Assembly: GCA_963798915.1 (NCBI GenBank)
Contig: CAWCVB010000007.1
Location: forward strand, 143,640-207,639
DNA length: 64,000 nt
Direction: 5' to 3'
From: an uncultured Gemmatimonadales bacterium
GTDB lineage: Bacteria > Gemmatimonadota > Gemmatimonadetes > Gemmatimonadales > GWC2-71-9
Positions within the stretch are counted from its first letter, which is position 1. Each line of letters opens with the position of its first letter. Under the pieces are notes generated by a model. The model was not told the DNA's origin. It searched no databases and worked only from the letters and a program-made list of their open reading frames with translations. Below are positions 56,532-64,000 of this stretch, one piece after another. The position numbers were made by a program, and so were the translations under genes.

Positions 56532-58669
56532 ATGCCCCACCCCACTCGGTTCACCCGCTCCTCCCTGCTCCTGACCCTTGCCATGGCGACAGGCGCCGCG
56601 GGCCTCGCCGCCCAGGCACCGGCGCCGGCGCTCGCCGCCCGTGTCACCATCTATCGCGACAGCTTCGGGATTCCCCACGTCTTCGGCGAGACCGATGCCG
56701 CCACCACCTTCGGCTTTGGCTATGCCCAGGCGGAGGACGGCTTCCCTCGGCTCGAGGACAACTACATCCGCGCGCTGGGCCGGCGGTCTGAAGTGGAGGG
56801 CGAGGCGGGGTTCACCGATGACTGGCTCAACCGGCTGCTCCGGATCCCGGCGCTGGCCCGAGCCGAGTATGGCCGGATGGCGCCGCATGAGCGGGAGCTG
56901 GTGGACGGCTTTGCGGCGGGCATCAACTACTGGATAGCTCGACATCCGGAGACGAATCCGCGGCTGCTTCATCACATTGAGCCGTGGTATCCGCTGGCCT
57001 TCATCCGCTACCTCTATTTCCAGCAGGGATTCGTCTTCAGTGCCGGGCTCCGGCGCGACGAACTCGCCGGCGCCTCCCACGACAGCACCTTCTCCGCCCA
57101 GACCGGCTCCAACGGCTTTGTGATCGGGCCGTCCAGGAGCGCCACCGGTCACGCCATGCTGGTGATCAATCCGCACCTGTCCTACTTCGGGCCGGGACAG
57201 GTCTACGAGGGCCACGTTCACAGCGCCAGCGGCTGGAACTTCACCGGCTACACCCGGTTCGGTTTCCCCATGCCCTACGTGGGGCACAGCGAGGCCATCG
57301 GCTGGGTCAGCACCGACAACGCTGCGGACCTGGCCGATCTCTGGGCCGAGACCTTTGACGATCCCAATGATCCGCTGGCGTATCGCTACGGCGATGGTCA
57401 CCGCCGCGCCGTACAGTGGACCGACACCGTGCTGGTGCTGGGCGACAGCGGCATGGCGCGGCGCGTGGTAACACTCAGGCGCACCCATCATGGTCCGCTG
57501 GTCGCTGTTCGTGACGGCCATCCACTGGCGCTCGGCATGGCGCACCTGGGCGATGACGGCTGGCTGGGGGAGTGGTATGCCATGACGCGGGCGCGGACGA
57601 TGGCCCAGCTCAGGCAGGCGATGCGGCCGCTGGCGATGCTCTTCGGAAATGTGATGGGTGCCGACACTGCGGGGCACATCTGGTACCTCTATAATGGTGC
57701 GGTGCCCCGCCGCGACCCGCGCTTCGACTGGCAGCAGCCGGTGGATGGCAGCGACCCCGCCACCGAATGGCGCGGCTATCACGGCATTGACGAACTGCCG
57801 GAACTCCTGGACCCGGCGTCGGGGTGGATGCAGAACAACAACACCACCCCGTTCCTGCTCACTGATCGCGGCAACCCCGATTCAGCGGCCTTCGCGCCCT
57901 ACATGGTCACCGAGGGCGACAACATGCGGGGCGCCGCCGTCAGGCACCTCCTGGCCGGCCACCCGCGCTTCACCTGGGAGGAGTGGGTTCATGCCGCGTT
58001 CGACACCCGGGTGCAGTTTGCCGATTCACTCCTGCCGGGGCTGCTCGCATCAGTGCGGCGGGCGGGTGGCGGCTCCGCCGAGCGTACCGAAGCGCTGCGC
58101 CTGCTCGAGCAGTGGGACCATCGCACCGATACCAACTCGGTGGCCGTGACACTGCTGTCGCGCATGGGGAAATCGGCTGGGGAGATTGCCGGAGGATCGG
58201 CAGAGCGATCCTACTGTGATGGCGGCCGAGCTCGACTCCACCCTGGCGGCACTTCAGAACGGGACTGGGGCACCTGGCAGGTGCCCTGGGGCCGAATCAA
58301 CCGCCTCCAGCGGATTGACGATCTCGAACCATCCGCAGGTTTTCGGGATGACCGAGCGAGCGTAGCGGTGCCTGGCGTGCCCGGCTGGCTGGGGCGCGGT
58401 GTTCACCATCTATGCACGCCTCGGCCGACGGCCAGCGGAGCAGCTATGGCGTCGCCGGCGGCACCTATGTTAGTGCGGTGGAGTTCGGGCCCACGGTCAG
58501 GGCGGTGGCGGTGCATGTGTTCGGGGCGTCGGACAATCCCTCTTCGCCGCACTACTTCGACCAGGCGCCGCTCTTTGCGCGGGGCGAGATGCGGCCGTCC
58601 TGGCTTGCGCTGGACGAGATCCGCGCGCACCTACAGCGGGCGTATAATCCGGGGGAGGAGGGGCGGTAG
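56532..58669 (+). CDS. Penicillin acylase family (S45 Ntn hydrolase), secreted; frameshifts in the 3' part
   Basis: Signal peptide; RDSFGIPHV, GYAQAED, GSNGFVIGPSRS (beta-chain Ser), INPH, HHGP; C-terminus YVSAVEFG..HYFDQA in another frame. Confidence 0.9.
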
Positions 58670-58851
58670 GGAGCGTCTTGCACAGGCCTAGGCGCGATGT
58701 GATGCATTTCACCCTCGCCGCCAATACTGTTCCACTTCCGATCTCTTGAGCAAGCGCTTTGAGCCTGAATGCCTCGACTCGCGTCGCGGCGGGGTCAGCT
58801 ATCTCACCACCCTTCTAGTTCATCGTCGATTGCGAGCGACCCAGAGGGCCG

Positions 58852-60081
58852 TTGTCGCGAATGTCGGGTGATTACTCTTCACACGGAGGGACCGTGCCTT
58901 CCGATTCCATCCTTGATGGGCAACTTTTGGTTCGCTTGGATCTTGGTCCTAGCCCATTGCAAAACGACGCCTTCGCCTGGGATCGGGCGAATTTCGCACA
59001 CCTTATCAATCAACTTCTGATCTATGATCGGGTGCTGATTCCCACATACGATCTAGGGATTGTTCCGGCGCTGCTTCAGTGGATTGGTCTCGAAGCTTTG
59101 CGAGACCTCATTGCCGATGGATCAATCTGTTTCGTACGGTACCATGGACAGATCGGATATGCTGGCAATGGCAACGGGATAAGCATCTTCCGAATAGCTC
59201 CAGACGATGAGCGACCGTTCGAAGCGTGGTGGCAGGAAGCCGTGTTTAGGGAAACTCCTATCGCGATTGAGCAACAACTTATCAATCAGCGACTGAGCCT
59301 TTCGTCCCAAGAGCGGAGCGACCTTGTCCGCGCCGTGGTCGCCTCCACAATTGAACCGACTTACAGCAATGAGGAGTTTATTAGGCATGTGGTGAACGAG
59401 TCTTATCGCGATATTGTCACGTCTCCGCAGCTCCGGGCGTCGCTCCGCTCGCACTATAAGCTCTCAGACTCGCCAGTTGATGTCGCACGATTGCCAGATG
59501 TCGGACCAGCTGAGTTGCGGGTCTTGGCCGCAGGACACGTGGGCGATGGCCCGCAGCTGGTAGTGCGGGTCGCTGAAGTGAACTACCAAGTCCTGATCTG
59601 CTCAGTGACAGGAGGGCCCGACTTTCATGCGGGAGAGGGTACTCAGGACCTGCTGATCGGCAAGGCTCTGCGTGCTGGATTAAGGCTGGATGCAGCTGAT
59701 CAGTTCGCTAAAATCCTGCAACTCAATGACTTACCAGATGTTGGCGCTGCCGTCGCAGCCGATGAGATCCCACTCGCCAGGTGGTTGGCCATGCGCTCAA
59801 GCACAGCCGCTGTTGACTTTCGGCGATGGCTGCAGACAGTCTCACTAGAGGATGATGACTCGATAATACGTGCTCTGCTGCAATCACTCCGAGAGGAACC
59901 GCGATCCTCACGACTGCCAGTTCGCTTGTTACGCCTAGTCGCTACCTCACTGGCCGGAATGATGGGACCAGGCACTGGCATAGTTAGCGCAGCCGTTGAC
60001 TCATTATTCGTGGATCGTTGGTTGAATGGGTATTCCCCTCGAGTAATACTGGACCAAGTTAACGTATTACGGACGGACTAA
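58852..60081 (+). CDS. Hypothetical protein in the lower-GC island (start uncertain)
   Basis: 409-aa ORF with atypical codon usage; LLIYDRVLIP; C-terminal hydrophobic LVATSLAGMMGPGTGIVSAAVDS. Confidence 0.7.
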   Translation: MSRMSGDYSSHGGTVPSDSILDGQLLVRLDLGPSPLQNDAFAWDRANFAHLINQLLIYDRVLIPTYDLGIVPALLQWIGLEALRDLIADGSICFVRYHGQIGYAGNGNGISIFRIAPDDERPFEAWWQEAVFRETPIAIEQQLINQRLSLSSQERSDLVRAVVASTIEPTYSNEEFIRHVVNESYRDIVTSPQLRASLRSHYKLSDSPVDVARLPDVGPAELRVLAAGHVGDGPQLVVRVAEVNYQVLICSVTGGPDFHAGEGTQDLLIGKALRAGLRLDAADQFAKILQLNDLPDVGAAVAADEIPLARWLAMRSSTAAVDFRRWLQTVSLEDDDSIIRALLQSLREEPRSSRLPVRLLRLVATSLAGMMGPGTGIVSAAVDSLFVDRWLNGYSPRVILDQVNVLRTD

Positions 60082-60230
60082 TAGACGGCGCCTCCTAGGC
60101 AGCTGGTGCGCACAAGCATAATCTCGGTTGACTAGCAAAAGGGGCGCCGAGCACCAAGACTATCGCATCTCCTTCTCAAAGCCTCACGGCACTCGTTATG
60201 CGCCAGTACAAGCGTTGAGGTAGATGATCT

Positions 60231-61637
60231 GTGCCGCGAACCCACTTTGCTCCACCACCATTGAGCGAGGCCGCCCACATCGATGTCTGCCTCCTGGGCG
60301 AGCTCGCGGTCGCACGCCTTCGGCAATTAGCAAATGGACGTCACCGTATCCCAGAGATCGTGGACTTGCGTCTTGTCTTTTCTGACGATGAGACGGCGCT
60401 CCGATATGAAGAAGTGCGGCAGCGCAACGCGCAAGCCGTCGGATTCCGAAATGACGGCATTCAGGCATTCACTAATCTTGCCGAAGTCGTGCCTGCAGTG
60501 CTACGACTCCAGGCTGAAGGCCACTTTCCGGAGCCTTCTGTCACTGATTCCGCTGGGCGCCAAATCGTTGATTTGCCTTTAGATAAGATAATTCGCAGTG
60601 CCGTACAATTTCTGGTTAATGCTGTATACGAGTACCTCAACGAGCGGGGTCATTATACGTTCGAGCCAGCGTCTTTTGCTGAGGTATTTGTTCGCAGCCA
60701 GACCAGACGATCACGCACTCATCTGCAGGTCCGCGCAATCGCGCCTCTCGCCAACTTCACGTCCGATGGCAGTGTCGACTTTGGTGATGGAACGCGCATC
60801 GAGCACTTGTCGGGAAGCGAAAAGACGCAAATCTGGAAGGATGAGTACCTAGAGAAGGCATTCACTGCGACTGAAGTTGCTTCATGCAATTTCGCGATCA
60901 CTGCTGAGGAATTGCGGCCACGTCTCCACAGAGAAGGCGATATTCCTTTTCGCTTCAAGCGGGTAATCATGGCACTTCGGCTCTTGCAGTCAGGAAGAGT
61001 GTCCGCCCCGGCAACCGTGTACGTGGACCAGCCGCCTAGCAATCTGGGCGGGATGACCTCAACTACACACCTTAAAGACATTCTAAACGTCCATCTTTTC
61101 GAAGGTGGCAAATATTGCCTCAAGACTCACGATAATCAGGCGCTGGTTGCGCTATACAACAAGCTCGGGGCCTTGGAGGCCCGTCAACGCGACTACGGAC
61201 AATTTGGATTGTGCCTCCGACGATTTAGCCAGTCCTACGAGCGCGCCTATGCGGAGGATCGCTTAATCGATCTCACTGTCGCTCTTGAGGGTTCACTCTT
61301 GGCCGCTATTGCAGGTGAGTTGAAGTATCGGGTGGCGCTCCGAGGAGCCACCTTACTGCGCGACCGAGCGGCTCCCGAAGCAACCTTTCGCCTTCTGAAA
61401 GCGCTCTACGACATCCGCAGTACAATTGCTCATAATGGCGAGACATTGGACAGAATTAATCATGCAATCTTCAAGGAAATCGACCGACATCGCTTTCCCG
61501 CCGCAGTGGAGACTTGTGTTCGGGCAGTTTTGATCGCCTTCTTGGACCGTATCTTTATGGGCGAGTCCATAGCTGACGTTGCCGCTGGCTTAGACGCGGA
61601 GGTGCTCGCCGCCCTGCGGCCAAGCGAAGCGAGATAG
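60231..61637 (+). CDS. HEPN-domain protein (ApeA-like HEPN), start uncertain
   Basis: DRLIDLTVALEG, ELKYRVALRGA, LYDIRSTIAHNG (Rx4H). Confidence 0.8.
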   Translation: MPRTHFAPPPLSEAAHIDVCLLGELAVARLRQLANGRHRIPEIVDLRLVFSDDETALRYEEVRQRNAQAVGFRNDGIQAFTNLAEVVPAVLRLQAEGHFPEPSVTDSAGRQIVDLPLDKIIRSAVQFLVNAVYEYLNERGHYTFEPASFAEVFVRSQTRRSRTHLQVRAIAPLANFTSDGSVDFGDGTRIEHLSGSEKTQIWKDEYLEKAFTATEVASCNFAITAEELRPRLHREGDIPFRFKRVIMALRLLQSGRVSAPATVYVDQPPSNLGGMTSTTHLKDILNVHLFEGGKYCLKTHDNQALVALYNKLGALEARQRDYGQFGLCLRRFSQSYERAYAEDRLIDLTVALEGSLLAAIAGELKYRVALRGATLLRDRAAPEATFRLLKALYDIRSTIAHNGETLDRINHAIFKEIDRHRFPAAVETCVRAVLIAFLDRIFMGESIADVAAGLDAEVLAALRPSEAR

Positions 61638-61720
61638 CGGACGCAAGTCGTGCTTGCGGCACGTCAATATCCCTTGGCGAGTAGACGAAGCTCGCCCAGG
61701 CACCGCTCTCTTGTGCGCTA

Positions 61721-62803
61721 TTAAGGAGTGCCGGCGCGCCGATTCATGGCCAGTTGAGAAAGGGCGAGTGTTATCATGCCGTCATCAAACAGCGCTTGCT
61801 TGCGGCGCGCGGCACTCTTACCCGTTGACCACTTGGCGAGTGCATTCCGAATTCCGTCCACGGTTGGAGCCGCATCTTCTTCGGAAATGAGCCAATCAAC
61901 GGTGGCTAGGAGCTCCATTCCGTAAGGCGACTCAAAGCCGTCGATAATAGCTGTAGCTGTCTCGAGCGCAGGCTTGTAGAGCTGTGCTTCGGACGTCGCA
62001 AGATACTCCTCTAGATCCGGACGCTTGTTGTCCTCAAACCAGATCGCATCCAGAGGTCCGGCATCGCTTAAACGCTTTTCGCAATGTAGATAACTACCGT
62101 CCAAGCCATTAAGCAGGTGCCGCAACCGGTCCGCGTACGGGCCATAACGATTCGCGCTAAAGCGGAGATCTAGCGGATCGGGCAAACGCTGAGCGTCAAT
62201 CGTTCGGTGCAAGAACCAAGCGAGCTTCTGCACCTCAAGATTGCTGCATTCCAAGCCCAAAACTGAATAGCGTCGCACAAGTTCAGCGATCAGTGCTCGC
62301 GCCGGGGTGAGTGTCTCCACGCCTTCGCGCTTAGGAGCGTTCTGATATTGTCCCGTCGGCTCGTAAACAAGGAACTCGACATCCGGCAATTTCGCAGCCG
62401 CAGCTTCGATCTCCTTCCGCACATGGGCCCATTCCAGCCCGCCGTTGCCACAGCCGAGCGGGGGGACTGCGATGGATTTGATTTCGTGGCCCTCGACCAC
62501 GCGCACGAGATCGACCAACCCGGAGCGGATCCACTCAAGCCGGGACGGCTGCCGCCAATGCTTCTTCGTCGGGAAATTGATAATCCAGCGTGGCCCCAAG
62601 AGCGAGGAATTAGCGGTGAGGAGCATATGACCGACTCGCACCTTGCCGGCCTTAGCAGCCTCCGAATAAATCCGCGTATTCTCCGGAAACGCCTCGCGGA
62701 ACATCAACGCGATGCCCTTACCCATCACACCGACCTCATTCACGGTGTTGACGATGGCTTCAGAAGGCGCATCCAGGAGATTGCCTGATGTATATCGAAT
62801 CAT
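61721..62803 (-). CDS. darG: Macrodomain antitoxin DarG (DNA ADP-ribosyl glycohydrolase)
   Basis: GNLL..AIVNTVN.VGVMGKGIA, IINFPTKKHW, PPLGCGNGGL, VQKLAWFL, YGPYA, GFESPYGMELLATV. Confidence 0.95.
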   Translation of the reverse strand: MIRYTSGNLLDAPSEAIVNTVNEVGVMGKGIALMFREAFPENTRIYSEAAKAGKVRVGHMLLTANSSLLGPRWIINFPTKKHWRQPSRLEWIRSGLVDLVRVVEGHEIKSIAVPPLGCGNGGLEWAHVRKEIEAAAAKLPDVEFLVYEPTGQYQNAPKREGVETLTPARALIAELVRRYSVLGLECSNLEVQKLAWFLHRTIDAQRLPDPLDLRFSANRYGPYADRLRHLLNGLDGSYLHCEKRLSDAGPLDAIWFEDNKRPDLEEYLATSEAQLYKPALETATAIIDGFESPYGMELLATVDWLISEEDAAPTVDGIRNALAKWSTGKSAARRKQALFDDGMITLALSQLAMNRRAGTP

Positions 62804-63439
62804 ACGAAGTAGCAGTTAGGGCGTGCCAGAATTTCTGTACCGCACCCCGCCGAAGCAGCTAGGCCCTTCAGCTTCGAGCACTGCTGGGCGCCGTAGCACA
62901 ATACGCAAGTGAGTGCGCTGACGGGCAGGTGCTGGTAGACCAAAGCTTCAGCTTGATATCGTTCGAACTTTCCAGGATCATTCGAATCGCGCTTAAAATC
63001 CCGCGCCTGCAAAATTTCCCAATCGATCAGCTCCAGCCCGCCCAAGCTGTTCGCAAACTTTGCAGTCCGCAAATAAGCATGTCGGTCCGTAAGCACGAAT
63101 TTGACACCCGATTTGTTCAAATCGTGCAGGCACGCAACCAGAATGACGATATCGGGCATCGGCGTTCGCGTCAACCCATTATATCCGGTCTTGATATTCA
63201 AGAGCATGGGCGAATACGGAGTGAAGTAGAACGGGATGTAGTCACTTAGTGTACCTCCGGGTGCACCGGCACACTCCTTGTGTGTCGCTTGCTGATTAGG
63301 TCGGGGTTCCCGATATCCCGGTAATTAGGATCACAAGTCTTCGAATTGCGACAGTGAAGACCATGCGCCAGATCCAATCTACGTTATCAATATGAGTGAT
63401 CCGAAAGATCCAACCTTTCTCGGAATCTAGTGTAATCAT
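62800..63439 (-). CDS. darT: DNA ADP-ribosyltransferase toxin DarT (DarT2 type); two apparent frameshifts at ~63370 and ~63285
   Basis: IFRITHIDN, HGLHCRN, IGNPDLI.KR, GGTLSDYIPFYFTPYSPMLLNIKTG, YQAEALV; stop overlaps the darG start. Confidence 0.9.
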
Positions 63440-63595
63440 CCGAATTGTCGGCCCCGTGCAAGTTGCATCCGCATCTCAATACTCGCCAATATGGGCCCGA
63501 CCGCGCTGGCCCGGTCGGGCTTGTTGGTTCGCCACCTCAGGTCGCCCCGCAACGGGCAGAGACTTTGGAATATAAATACAGCCGACGATCGCTGC

Positions 63596-64000
63596 CTACG
63601 CCACCCTCACGGCCCTCCCATACCTCCTGTCCCCATCCAGCGTGGCCTCGCCCAGCAACGCCAGTGTCTCCAAGTGCCGAGCCACGAGCTTGACGTCCGC
63701 CTTGGTAAACAGCGCCGCGGCTTCCTCCGGCGTCACCGACCCACGCGACAGCACGGCTCCGACCGCCGCCAGCTGGTCCACGGCCTTGGCCGGCCAGGGC
63801 TCCAGAGCCGCCACCGTCTCCTCAGCGGCCACCGGCCGCTCCAGCTTGAGCGCCGCTTCCGGCAAATCCCGCCCAAACCGGGGGATCTGATACTCCGGCC
63901 TGAGCCACCGGACCACCCCACGCTTCTCCTCCTCCACCCGCTCGTCATGCAGCGCCACCAGCCGCTCCAGGATCTCTTCCCGCTCCATGGGCCAGGGCCT
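63596..64000 (-). CDS. C-terminus of MmeI-like (type IIG/IIL) restriction-modification DNA methyltransferase (partial)
   Basis: [31 protein letters not shown]...PWP....DQ...V..HLETL..LG, typical of the C-terminal tail of this family. Confidence 0.75.
   Translation of the reverse strand, partial: RPWPMEREEILERLVALHDERVEEEKRGVVRWLRPEYQIPRFGRDLPEAALKLERPVAAEETVAALEPWPAKAVDQLAAVGAVLSRGSVTPEEAAALFTKADVKLVARHLETLALLGEATLDGDRRYGRAVRVA

Noticed and set aside
1..64000. tRNA, rRNA, integrase, transposase or prophage genes
   Set aside because: None recognised by eye; a tRNAscan/Infernal/ISEScan run would be needed to exclude them formally.

Overview
High-GC bacterial genomic DNA. Gene content (GWxTD lipoprotein, membrane-anchored BTAD/SARP regulator, many secreted peptidases) suggests Gemmatimonadota, but this is inference. 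Several single-base frameshifts in housekeeping genes (def, pyrE) suggest an unpolished long-read or metagenomic assembly. 1-21.8 kb is mostly core: sufR-like/sufB, def, MscS, patatin-Omp85, ferredoxin, rnd, SufT-like, MMPL, polA, GWxTD, Ser/Thr kinase and pyrE, with intergenic 7-9-mer tandem-repeat hairpins. 21.8-64 kb is accessory: three TA loci (RelE/HigB-type, HipBA-type, broken Xre-RES), small cassette-like genes, gene remnants, peptidases, and a lower-GC defence island at the right end (HEPN gene, DarTG2, MmeI-like MTase end). The standout is a ~10.3 kb module (40.4-50.8 kb). It encodes a 1737-aa RHS/YD protein that looks like a teneurin-type shell lacking the FN-plug and NHL inserts and carrying a Cys-rich/VWD(GDPH)/3x beta-sandwich tail, two paralogous secreted Cys-motif proteins, and a transmembrane SARP/BTAD-TPR regulator. 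A 41-bp operator-like motif with ~11-bp periodicity lies upstream of both + strand units. No rRNA, tRNA, CRISPR array, integrase or transposase was recognised. All family assignments come from motif recognition, not database searches.
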